A stretch of 64,000 nucleotides of DNA from Octopus vulgaris (Eukaryota): NCBI GenBank assembly GCA_951406725.2, contig OX597832.1:68572001-68636000 (forward strand), in the 5' to 3' direction. Positions within the stretch are counted from its first letter, which is position 1, and every line of letters starts with the position of its first letter. Made by a program: the position numbers and the translations under genes. Below are positions 38,899 through 51,300 of the stretch, one piece after another. Under the pieces are notes generated by a model. That model saw only the letters and a list, made by a program, of their open reading frames with translations. It had not been told where the DNA came from and made no database searches.

Positions 38899-39330
38899 TT
38901 AAAAATTAATTAAGGGTAGAAATTGATATTAGTCAATTAAAACCAGTGGTCTAGCATATTAAAAAGAATCCGAAGATTAAAATATTCAGCGCCCCAAAAG
39001 TAAAGGCATTTGAAAGATACATTCGAACTTAATCGGTTGTACTTTATGCATGCAAAACTCCGGTATCGTTTTTTTGCATCTAGTCCAGCAAATTATGTTC
39101 ATAACAAACTGTGCTGACGAAGTTACAGATATCCTTGTGATATTAATAACTGAAACCATTCGGTACACAGGTGATTATTTCATTTCGTATATTTTCATTT
39201 GTCTTATTTGTTGCTTTGGGTTGTGCTGAATTTTATTTTATTTGAGAACATAATCTTTGTGGAGAATGGCGATTTGACGTCTATATCTAGCATGTTGACT
39301 GTCCACTTTTCGTGTTCAGTCCTTAATTGG
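38898..39330 (+). mobile_element. ~430-bp non-coding insert between (TA)n tracts carrying one intact HHR (solo pLTR/retrozyme-like)
   Basis: CpG-retaining sequence bounded by TA repeats, containing the HHR at 39109-39170. Confidence 0.75.
39109..39170 (+). ncRNA. Type I hammerhead ribozyme with canonical core
   Basis: ctgtg CTGACGA agtta-cag-atatc-cttgt-gatat-taa-taact GAAA cc-attc-gg TA cacag. All three stems pair; predicted cleavage after A39165 (GUA). Confidence 0.92.
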
Positions 39331-39649
39331 TATATATACATATATATATTATACAAGCATGATTATATATCAAAGTGTATTCATATAGTTTTATATGTAT
39401 ATATATATAATACTTTATATCATTTGTATTCTGTATAAATTGGACCTTTTTTATGTAAATATTTATACATTTTTGTATTTCATGTATTTAATATACTTTA
39501 TATATTGATTTGTTAAAATTGTTTATCCTTACATTTACTTCTATAAACACACACACTTATTCTTTTATTCTGTTACTGGTTTCAGGCAGAGGCTGAGACC
39601 ATGCTGGAGGACTGCCTTTCAATGTTTTGGAGTGAAGAAGTGAGTTGGG

Positions 39650-40110
39650 TTCTGCTGCTCTTCTTTGTGCCTCCTGTCACAATGTGGGCTCATCTGCAAT
39701 TTCAGATAGAAATTTGTCCAGGTGCTTCTTCAATATTTCTACATCTAAACCCTGCAGGATATTAAACAATTATGGTCCATTGAATCCCAAGCTGTTGCAA
39801 TACTGGGTCCTTATCTGAGATGAAGAAGGTGGTACCTTTGGTAGTATGCAGTGCTGTCCAGCTTTTAATTCAAAAGCTGGGAGCTAGACCTTCCAGGACC
39901 TTCCATATTTACATCACTGCATACCTTTCTTGTTTTCTCTCCAGGAAGTAGAGCTTCACTTCTTGTAGTCACTATCAGCAGCTCATCTCTTTCACTGAGT
40001 CAATCTTCTTTGTGTAGTGATGCTGGATTGCTTCAAGCTCTGCCACCAATTTGATGCTTAGTAGCAATTACAGTTGGAAGCAGTAATCCAGACAATTGAG
40101 GACAAATTCT
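39650..40110 (-). mobile_element. CR1/L2-type LINE ORF2 C-terminal remnant
   Basis: IKLVAELEAIQHHYTKKIDSVKEMSC***LQEVKLYFLERKQERY matches LExIQRRxTKxI…YxERLxxLxLYSLERRR. Confidence 0.8.
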
Positions 40111-40381
40111 CGCCATAGGGGTGGCAAAGGATCCTTATTTCTACACACACACATATATATTATTATTTCACACACACACACACATATATATTATTACTGC
40201 GTATCTACATATATGTGTGTATGCATATAGAAATGTATACATGCATGTAGATACTTAAACACACAAATTGAATATATAGCTACACCAATGGAGAAATACA
40301 TGAATGTATTTGTTATAGGAAAGACATTTAAGAGTAAAATGCAAGAGAAATCTACATAAATGCACACATATACAAGCATGC

Positions 40382-40446
<65 letters not shown>

Positions 40447-41222
40447 TATATGTACATACATATATATATATGTACATGTGGTACATGTGCATTCTATACA
40501 TACATACATGCATCTTCATATATGTATGTACATATATATATATCTATCTTTATACATATGTGTATATATATTTATATGCATGTATATATGTATGTGTGTA
40601 TATATATATTACAGACTCCTACTACACATATCTACATAGACATATAAACGTATAATGAAAAAAAGTAATGGAATAAATTTCTCACTAAGTGACACCTCCT
40701 TCATTTTTAAGTGTTCAATTGGAAGATTAAATTATTGATTTTTACTTTTGGTGCTGGCAAGATAAAAAAAAACATTAATAAATAAATAAAGAGAGAGAGA
40801 ACATATTTCACAATGCAGTATATTTTCTTCTCTATTAAACATTAAATGACTTGTATTAGCCATAAATTTATCTGAGAATGTTTATCAATGAATCACTAGC
40901 AGAATACAACAAGAAAAATAAATAAAAACACAAGAGATGTGAACGAAAATAAAAATGAAAAAATAAAAACAGGAGGCAGGCTGGGAAACATTATCCATGC
41001 ACCATTCATATTTACAAAAACATTCCTTTTTCTTCTTTTCCCGTTTTATGTATAGAATATATGTAATTTTTATATGCTTGTATGAAACTATATGTAGGTA
41101 CACATACATATACACGTGTATGTATGTATGTATGTATGTATGTATGTATGTATGTATGTATGTATGTATGTATGTATGTATGTATGTATGAATGTATGTA
41201 TGTATGTATGTATGTATGTATG

Positions 41223-41273
<51 letters not shown>

Positions 41274-41607
41274 TACAGCTCCAGCAGGGCTGCAGTCAAA
41301 TGACTGAAACAAGTAAAAATATAACTATATATATAGAAAGAGAAAGAGAGGGGGGAGAGAGAGAAATAGATATGTATATTTACATGCATGTATATATATG
41401 CAGATATGTGAATAAATATCTGCCTACTATCTATCTATCTATCTGTCTGTCCGTCTGTCTGTATATGTATATATATAGATATATATACATTCTTATATAT
41501 ATAAATATATAGACATATATATACATACATATATATATACACACACACGCGTATATATACATGCATATACATACATATATATATGTATGTATATATATAT
41601 ACTATAT

Positions 41608-41784
<177 letters not shown>

Positions 41785-42046
41785 TTTCTTCTCTTCATTT
41801 CTTGTGCTCATACAATTTATGTCTCTGTGTGTAATTACAACCAGAAAGTTAAGAAGAATCCATCATCGTGTCTAATATATTTAAAAGTCTCAACCAATTT
41901 CAGAGGTAAAATAGATTTGGGAAAAGGAAAATTAAAACAAAAAAACAAAAGAATCAAGAATGCCACGAATTTGCAAATGTTAAATTACTATTTTAGCTTT
42001 ATTTCTTTTCAGCTTGTTTCATAATTACCTACATGTATGTGTGTGT

Positions 42047-42111
<65 letters not shown>

Positions 42112-42124
42112 CATACATTAATAC

Positions 42125-42157
<33 letters not shown>

Positions 42158-42488
42158 CATACATGCATTCATACATGCATACATACACACACATATATAC
42201 ATACATGCATACCTACCTACATGATATAATATATATTGGGGGATAAGATTTTCGATAAATTTTACAAACTTTTGTATTCTTTAGAGGTCTCGAGTTAATC
42301 TCATATTTTCCTATTGTATCCAAATCTTAGAACCGATTTCCATGTGTTTCCTTTTGTTTGCGTGATCTTATACTTTATCCTTGTAATAATTTGAAATGCT
42401 ATTAAATATATCCTATTTCTGCTCTTTATGTTCAATATATATCTATTCTATATCTTCAATTCAGTTTCCATTATATTACATTCATTTA

Positions 42489-42543
<55 letters not shown>

Positions 42544-42555
42544 CCTAACCTCTCT

Positions 42556-42597
<42 letters not shown>

Positions 42598-42769
42598 CAT
42601 ATGCAGAATTGTGTGTGGGCACGTGTATGTATGTATGTATGTATAAATGCTTAAATAGCTAGAATGCATGCTATTTGAAATATATTCTGAATCAATGCAC
42701 TTTAAATGCGTAATTTCAAGTATCACATAAGCCCCATGTTCTTTCACCTTATTTCTTTCAGAATGGATG

Positions 42770-42800
<31 letters not shown>

Positions 42801-43329
42801 CATACATACCTACATACCTACATACATACATACATAATATATTAGCGAGAGAGAAAGATGTGTGTGTGCATGTATGTTTATTAAAATTTCTTCATTTTTC
42901 TGTTATAAACTCAATACTGAAAGATAAATTGCTTATATGGAGTTTTAGAATTCTTTTGATTACATACGATATTTCATAAAGATTGTTATTAATCCCTCAA
43001 GGAAAGAAAAGGCAAAATTTACCAAACTGAAATTTAGAAATCAGAGTATAGAATAATAAATCTCATTATAGGCAAGATTCTACTGTTTTTCTCTATGTAC
43101 AAAATATTTATACAGCAAAATTTCAATATTTATATGTTCCTGATTTATAACGTTGCCTTCAGGTTAGAAATTATAGAAAATGGTAATTATTTCATATCCT
43201 AAAGAAACTGGAAAGTAACTTTATCATTTTTGCAGGAATGATCTGAAGATATACAGATATATATCTAAATAGTGCCAAGTGTTTTGGTTCCTACTCGCCA
43301 TTTTCTATCATTTATTACCCTTAATAGGA

Positions 43330-44800
43330 AACAAAGCCATAATTATTGAGGCAAAGACAGGGGTTAGTTCTGCTCATCATCCCTAATATTCAACTGGTGC
43401 TTTTGTTTTATTGATGCCTGAGGGATAAAATCTAAATTCAACCTGGTCTGGATTTGAACTCAGAATGTTGCAATCTGCTGATGCAGCTCCTACATTTTTA
43501 TATATACTATTTTTAATACAATGATCCTTTCTACTATAGGTACAACTTGAAATTAGGGGTGGGGGGAGAGTCGATTAGATCGACCCCAGTACACAACTGG
43601 TACTTCATTTATTATCCCTGAAAGGATGAAAGGCAAAGTTGACCTCAGCGAAATTTGAACTCAGAACATAATGACAGGCGAAATACCACTAAGCATTTCA
43701 CCTGGCGTGCTAACGATTCTGCCAAGTCGCTGCCTTATCCCTAAATGTAATAATAATAATGGCACAAGGCCAGCAAGTTTGGAGGAGGGGTTAAGTTGAT
43801 TACATCGACCCCAGTGTACAACTGGTACTTATTTTATCAACACCAAAAGGATGCAAGGTAAAGTAACCTCCGTGGTATTTGAACTCAGAAAGTATAGACA
43901 AATGAAGAATTTTGTCTGACCTGCTGCCAATTCTGCCAGGTCAATGCCTTAAAAATGGTTTGGAGTTCTGGCACAAGGCCAGCAATTCGAGTAAGGCGAA
44001 AATTGATTACATAAATTCCAGTGCTTAACATATACTTGTTTTATTGACTATAAAAGGATGAAAGGCAGAGCCAACATCATCATTATCATAACTACCATTG
44101 TTTAATGTCTGCCTTCCGTGCTGGCATGGGTTGGAATTTAATGTAAGAGCACAAACACAGATGAAATGATGACACAAAGCATTTTGCCAGGCATGCTGAC
44201 AATTCTGCCAGCTCACTGCCTTAACAACAACAACATCAACAACATAAACAATAAAAAGAACATAACCAGTAGCAACAACAACTATAATAATGGTTTCAAA
44301 TTTTGGCATAAGGCCAGCAATTTCAGGGAAAGGTGTAAGTTGATTACATCAACAACAACAACAGAATCATTAGCACACAGGGTGAAATGCTTAGCAGTAT
44401 TTCATCTGCTGTTATGTTCCGAGTTCAAATTCCACCGAGGTCCACTTTGCCTTTCATCCTTTTGGGGTCAATTAAATAAGTACTAGTTACACACTGGGGT
44501 CGATGTAATCGACTCAATCTCTTTGTCTGTCCTAGTTTGCCCCTTCTATGTTTAGCCCCCAGTGGGCGATAAAGAATTAAATAATTTATTTCTATCTTAA
44601 TCCAGTAATTTTGATGGGCGGGTGATAATCAACACCATTGATTGCAGGTCTTGGCTGGTACTTAATTTTATCAACACCAGAAGGATGAAAGTGAAGTTGA
44701 ATTTGTCGGGATTTGAACACAGAATGTACAGGGCCATAAAAAACACCAAGAAAGATATTTTCCTCATGCCTTCATGATTCTGCCAGCTCACTGCCCTTCA
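43330..44800. mobile_element. Cluster of about 6 copies/fragments of the AAT-tailed tRNA SINE, mostly minus strand, one plus strand at ~44365-44580
   Basis: Repeated ggcacaaggccagc…actggtacttattttatc…aaggatgaaaggcaaagt…tttgaactcagaa…attctgccag blocks separated by AAT/AAC runs. Confidence 0.85.
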
Positions 44801-44803
44801 AGA

Positions 44804-44839
<36 letters not shown>

Positions 44840-44971
44840 GGCATTATATACTTGCCAGAAGGCATTATACATACATGCCAAACGCTAAGAGGGACAATTA
44901 GTCATTTCTACCAAAAATATTACTAATCCCACCGAATGCAATTCTTCAAAGTAAGACATTTAAAAATATAT

Positions 44972-45019
44972 AGACCTGTATCACAGTGATTTCATACTTA
45001 CGTACTCATCAGCAGGCCT
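44972..45019 (-). ncRNA. Minimal type I hammerhead ribozyme, tandem copy 1
   Basis: Reverse complement of 45594-45641. Confidence 0.9.
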
Positions 45020-45451
45020 GAATGCATTATAAATAAACAACGACCCTGCCCCGCTTAAGTCGATCAGCTAACTGTTCAACATTCAACGAAGCACATGGGT
45101 GAGTTTACATATATTACATCCTGTCAAATGGCAAACTTTAACGAATTGCATTTCGGGAGAGGAAAAGTTTTTTCGGAATAAAAATTTAGCAATTAAGGAC
45201 AACTACTTAATAAGGAAAACTTAACAAGAAATTGTCAGGTAGATAGCGTAAGAACCTCATAAGAGAAAAAATTTCGAAAATAATTATTTCTTATTGAACA
45301 TATTAATTTATATATAGAGGGCATTATATACTTGCCAGAAGGCATTATACATACATGCCAAACGCTAAGAGGGACAATTAGTCATTTCTACCAAAGATAT
45401 TACTAATCCCACCGAATGCAATTCTTCAAAGTAAGACATTTAAAAATATAT

Positions 45452-45499
45452 AGACCTGTATCACAGTGATTTCATACTTACGTACTCATCAGCAGGCCT
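45452..45499 (-). ncRNA. Minimal type I hammerhead ribozyme, tandem copy 2
   Basis: Identical to copy 1, 480 nt away. Confidence 0.9.
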
Positions 45500-45593
45500 G
45501 AATGCATTATAAATAAACAACGACCCTGCCCCGCTTAAGTCGATCAGCTAACTGTTCAACATTCAACGAAGCACATGCATTTATAATGCATTC

Positions 45594-45641
45594 AGGCCTG
45601 CTGATGAGTACGTAAGTATGAAATCACTGTGATACAGGTCT
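45594..45641 (+). ncRNA. Minimal type I hammerhead ribozyme (inverted arm)
   Basis: aggcctg CTGATGA gtac-gtaa-gtat GAAA tcactgtga TA caggtct. Near-palindromic stem III (ATCACtGTGAT); predicted cleavage after A45634. Confidence 0.92.
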
Positions 45642-46240
45642 ATATATTTTTAAATGTCTTACTTTGAAGAATTGCATTCGGTGGGATTAGTAATATTTTT
45701 TGTAGAAATGACTAATTGTCCCTCTTAGCGTTTGGCATGTATGTATAATGCCTTCTGGCAAGTATATAATGCCCTCTATATATAAATTAATATGTTCAAT
45801 AAGAAATAATTATTTTCGAAATTTTTTCTCTTATGAGGTTCTTACGCTATCTACCTGACAATTTCTTGTTAAGTTTTCCTTATTAAGTAGTTGTCCTTAA
45901 TTGCTATATATATATATATATATATATATCTTCTTGAAGGGCAGTGAGCTGGCAGAATCATTAGCATGCTGTCAGGTGTCAATAAATTAAATCCCTTGTA
46001 CCTTCAGTAGAAAAGATTATTATTGATAGGCTGGCAGAATCATGAAGGCATGAGGAAAATATCATCCTTGGTGTTTTTTATGGCTCTATACATTCTGTGT
46101 TCAAATCCCGACAAATTCAACTTCACATTCATCCTTCTGGTGTTGATAAAATTAAGTACCAGCCAAGACCTGCAATCAATGGTGTTGATTATCACCCTCC
46201 CATCAAAATTACTAGAAAAAAAAAAATATATATATATATA

Positions 46241-46398
46241 TATAACCTTGGACCAGCCAAAAACTTGTGAGTGGATTTGGTAGGCAGAAGCTAAAAGAAG
46301 ACCCTAGTATATATATATATATATATATATACGAGGGTCTTCTTTTAGTTTCTACCTACCAAATCCACTCACAAGTTTTTGGCTGGTCCAAGGTTATA
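46241..46398. repeat. TA-centred inverted duplication of a SINE segment (46241-46309 / 46330-46398)
   Basis: 69-bp arms with about 3 mismatches. The right arm continues into the rest of the SINE; the left arm has TA on both sides. Confidence 0.93.
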
Positions 46399-47985
46399 GC
46401 AGAAGACACTTGCCAAGGTGTCACACAGTGGAACTGAGTGCCTGGAACCATGTGACTGGGAAGCAAGCTTCTTACCACACAGACATTCCTGTGCCTATAA
46501 TCTTATCAATAATAATAATAAGTAAGTGAGCTCGCAAAAACGTTAGCACACCCAGTTGCATACTGGGGTCATTCTAATCAACTAGCTATCTTCCCCCAAA
46601 GTTTTGGACCTTGTGCCTAGAGTAGAAAAGAATATAACAATAATAACTAAGAAATGAAAGGATAGAAAAAGAACAACAATCGTAGAGAAAATGTCTTCAT
46701 CTAAAACTAATTTATATTTCTAATCTAGATACAGTCACCACACTTTTTGGAAGCAGAATGATGGATGACTGCCACATCTTGCTGTTAATATTGTTACTTA
46801 TTCTAACAAATTTGGAAATTTTAACAGTAAAGAAAGTTTTTTATGTTCGGGATTTAAACTTGAAATTGTTGGTGAGTTCACCAATAATACCTTTTGGTAA
46901 TTAATCCATTTTGGGTTTTGAGTTACAACTTTTTAGAGATGAAGCTTGTCATTTATCTTTCTGAAGGTAATAAATAAAATAACAGACTAAGGTGGAGAAT
47001 TATTTGAGGATATGGTTGCGTAGTTTCCTTCAAGGCCCTTGTATTCTGAGTTCAAATTCTATCCTTACTTACTTGAGACATAATCAACCTGGGAGTCCTT
47101 CAGCTCTTTTAGTAGATTCCATTCTGTTATCAATAATTTTTTAATCTTTTACTTGTTTCACCCATGCTGGCCATGCCAAAATGCCAACTTCAAGGGTTTT
47201 GTTGAAGAAATCAACCCCAGTACTTACTTTCAAGTCAGATATTTATTCTCTCAGTCTCTTACGTTGAACCACTAAGTCATAGGTATATAAACAAACCAAC
47301 ATAGGTTGTCAAGGGATATCGGTGGGACAAACACAAAATACAAACACACACACGTGTACACACAAGCATTCTCACATGTACACACAAACACAGAAATATA
47401 CATCTACCAAATTCTTCTAGCGAACTATAAAAGAAGACACTTGCCCAAGATGGTGCAGAGTGGGACAGAACTTGTAACCTTTTGGAGAGCAAACTTTTCA
47501 CCACACACCCAGAAAATAAAAATGCTTTTTTGACAACATAAAAATTAGTTCTGTCCATTTCTATTCATAATTCATCTCCTGCTAAGATCAATATCATTTT
47601 TGATCCCAAAGGGGATCGATAAAATGCTATATCATAAATATGTTGAGATAATTTAATAAACTCTGGCCATCCTTGAGCACTTAATGGCCTTGTATCAAAG
47701 TAAGAAATCAATAATATTCGCAGAAATCAAGTTGTAAACACAGAATGAATTCTCTCTTGAAGAATCTACTTCCTACTTGTCTGTGTTCGAAGTTCAAATT
47801 TTGCCAGTGAATACATTACATTCCTATGTTTTGGTGGTGGTTCCCTAATGTCACCCATTTCAGTTGTCATCAAACAAATTCACATTCAAATGCACTGGGG
47901 TTATGGCATTCCACCTATTTTCAAGAATAATTCCTGATCAGATCAGAACACACACACACAGACACACATACACACACACACACAG

Positions 47986-48020
<35 letters not shown>

Positions 48021-48543
48021 CACACACATGATTGTAGCAAGTAGCTTGAGAAAAATTTGGCTGGCATTTCTAGCAGATCCTAATAACCACAGAGAGGCTC
48101 CCTCTTTTGCGCCATCTCTCTGAATTTTCAACACGAAATGACATAAATCTATGGATTTATTTACTTGATTATATTGCACCCCTTCTGTGGTGCCTTTGTC
48201 AATTCAAACAACAATAATGGACATCATGCCACAGGGTCTGTCATGCATCTGCAAGCCCTTTAGGCCAGAGTTTGTCCTTGTTTCAATAGTATTTATGTGG
48301 TTGACAATACAAGACTCACCTCAAATAGGGCATCAGTCCCTCACTAGATTAACCTCCCAGATGTTGCTACCACTGGATGGACACAAGATTCTGCCCAGCC
48401 AGAGAATTAAACCCATAACCTAATGATCGTGAGCCCAACACCTAAGTCATTATACCAGGTATTTACAGTTATATTCAACACATTTGTGTACACTTAGAGA
48501 TGGGAAAATCTTTGCCGACTCTAATTAATTAGATTGAAAGTCA

Positions 48544-48755
48544 TTAACTCTTTAGTACTTAAAGCAGCCATATCAGGTCTAAATATTTTACATGGGTTAT
48601 GTCCAAAGCAGCTAGATCTGACCTCTCACACCTATCCTACAATGTCCTTTTAATGATAAACAATCACAACATGAGAATCTCAAAGCTATGACATAATGCA
48701 AGATTAATTCAAAATAATGTGATTTGACAGAGAAATCTGAATGCTTCAACGTAAA
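48544..48755. mobile_element. Degenerate TTAA-ended MITE-like repeat
   Basis: Starts ttaactctttagtact; the weakly inverse end is ctgaatgcttcaacgtaaa. Confidence 0.35.
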
Positions 48756-49879
48756 ATATAGACATCAGAACAGCAAACACAGAATTTGCCATTTTTTAAT
48801 GATGGTTTGATTTCTAAAAGAGGAAGTTACTTATTTCAAAGGAGATGCTACAGGCTATGGCAACTGAGGCTCTGTAGTCATCTGTTTTGTTGTCATAGTT
48901 ATTGCTGCTTCTCTCCAGCCAGCACTGGACAAATAAACCAGCCATATTCACTTTCTTTTGTGCAAGAAACCAGGTCTGCATTAACCACCATATTCCGTTT
49001 TAAGGTGGTGGAATGTGAGTAAAAGAGAGTTGACTGCTATATCTAGCATGTTATGTGACTCCATAGAAATACCCTCATTAGGTTGATTGTTTCTTATTTT
49101 ATCTGCTTGGATGGATGAAAGGCTGAGCTTAAAAGGAAAGAGATATCACAGGGCATTTTCTTCATTGCTCAACAGATTCTACACGTAAACTGCCATTTTT
49201 CTGCTGATCTGTTTGATTTCATTTGATGTTCCACAGATTTTACCAACCCATCATATTTTTATCTTGCCATTCTCACAACTTTCTCATAATCCTAATATTC
49301 TAAAAAACATACACAACAAAATTATACTTGTCGTGTCGATAACATTTTAAAACATCTTCCTTAATAAATGCCACGAAATGGTAAAGTTAGAAGAGAAATT
49401 CAAGAGATTCTTCAGTATAGGATGTTGCAGTTCCTTTATTCTTTCAAAGGTGTCATTCAATGGATCATATACTTGTTTTCCTTCACCTTTTCGTTTGTAT
49501 TCTTATATATTTGTAGTTATTTAAATGATTAATGTAACAGTTAAATGGTTTTCAATTAAATGTCATTATGTATTCCTACACAGTATTGCTCTTTGCAGAC
49601 TTTATCGAGAAAACACAATGTTCCTCTTCTTCACTACAGTTGCTTTATAGATAAAAAAACATTTTCCTTTGTATTTTCATGACTTTCCTCTGTTGTATGT
49701 TAAATTTAAACACATTTCTCCAGTCAACAGAAACAGTTTCTTAATAGCCAGACTTCAGCTTTGATTCCTTGTTATTAAAGAGATGAGAGAGAGAGAGAGA
49801 AAGAAAGAGAGAGAGATTGTATTAGTTTGTTGTATGTCACTTTAGTTTGTTAACTGCCACCATTAGAACTGTTACAAAA

Positions 49880-50200
49880 TCATCACCACTATCATCATCA
49901 TCATCATGAGCACCACCACCATTATCATCACCACCACCATCATCATGGGCACCACCAGCAGTACCACCACCTTCATCATCATCATCATCATCATCATCAT
50001 GGGCACCACCACCATCACCATTATCATCATCACCACCACACCACAACCACCATCATCATGGGCACCACCAGCAACATCACCACCACCAGTACCACCACCA
50101 CTACCACCACCACCATTACCACCATCATCATCATCATGGGCACCACCACCACCATTATCATCAGCAGCAGCAGCACCACCACCACCACCATCATCATCAT
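49880..50200. repeat. Compound (CAT)/(CAC) minisatellite with recurring unit catcatcatgggcaccacc
   Basis: Unit appears about 5 times and abuts a SINE 3' end. Confidence 0.9.
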
Positions 50201-50446
50201 TTAACGTCTGTTCTCCATGCTGGCAAAGGTTGATTGGTTTGAAGGAGTTGTCCACCTGGTAATCTCCATTTGTCTGTTTTGGTAAAGTCTCTCTGACTGC
50301 TTGCACTTCCTAGCACCAACCACTCTACAGAGTGTACTTGGTGCTTTTAACATGGCACCAGCATGGGTGCTTTATGTAGCACTGGCACAGGCAGGCACTT
50401 TTTACTTGACCTGGGTGCTTTCTCCTCCAGATTTGGTAGGAATTCA

Positions 50447-51300
50447 GCTTTCACCAACCACTCGTCCATCCTGAGGTTCTGAATTGACCACCAGATATAG
50501 GGGCAGTGGACCCTATCAAAAGTTTTCTCCATGTCAACAAAAGCGAAATTCAGATGTTTATTTTTCCTGCCTACCAGGAAGGTAGAAGCAGTAATGCTTC
50601 TTCTTAGCACAAAACCATACTACATCTCCTTTACGCTAAATCTCTTCCTAATTAATTCAGCAATGGCCCTTTCTCTAACTTTCATCATCTAGTCCAGCTA
50701 TTTGATACCTCTGTAATTATTTCTGTCTAAATGTTACCTTTACTGTTGTAGCAGTTGACTATCATGCTACTACACCAGTTATTAGGTACAACTCACTCGT
50801 GGACAATGTGATTAACTACATGGATGACCAGACCATATCCCACACTGTCAGATATTTTAAGCATCTCAATAGTGATTCCCAGAGGGCTGTGGTCTATCCT
50901 TAATTACTTTATCTACCAAGCTACTGCCTATTCAGATAGCTGGTCTCTTTGTTGTGTCCACATTAGGAAAACTCTCCTTCTCCCATGTTTTCCTACGTTT
51001 AGCAGCCCTTCATAGTGACATTTCCAAGCCTCTTTCTTTGCAGAATCACTAACTGCAAGTGAACCACCTTCTAGACGAATGCACTTTTCTTACAAAAGAT
51101 TGTAGTTGTCTTTGACAAACTGTCTTGCAATCTCAAACACCTACTTCAAGCTTCTGGACCTCACACCATAGAACAATGGCAATGTTCTTCCTATCTGCTT
51201 CTCTCCTGGCTAAGTATACCTATCTTCTAGATTCCCTTCTAGTTATCTGATATAGTTCTCTGCTATCATCAATCTTCCAGTCGTTCCAAGTCTGTTTCTT
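50447..51300 (-). pseudogene. RTE-clade LINE reverse transcriptase remnant
   Basis: DRNNYRGIK*LD and HLNFAFVDMEKTFDRVHCPYIWWSIQNLRMDEWLVKA, with multiple stops and frameshifts. Confidence 0.88.

Larger units (their letters stand above)
44831..45906. mobile_element. Young retrozyme-like element: 480-bp unit x1.55 in tandem, plus a 328-bp inverted arm, in (TA)n
   Basis: 44831-45097 repeats at 45311-45577 (1 mismatch seen). 45579-45906 is the inverse of 45187-45514. Three identical HHRs and no ORF. Confidence 0.95.
44603..46215. repeat. Nested ~1.6-kb palindrome: older SINE-derived inverted duplication (44603-44810 / 45926-46215) enclosing the HHR cassette
   Basis: Outer arms are reverse complements with scattered mismatches, and the right arm has an ~80-bp insertion. 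ORFs 44597(-) and 46023(+) give near-identical peptides. Confidence 0.92.

Noticed and set aside
44831-45577. Tandem repeat or SINE cluster as a CRISPR-like array
   Set aside because: Long units, no repeat-spacer periodicity, eukaryotic context and no cas genes.
49837-50306. Gly/Asp/His-rich or Pro-rich ORFs resembling structural proteins
   Set aside because: CAT/CAC minisatellite grown from a SINE tail. The ORF starts lie inside the SINE and there is no splice support.
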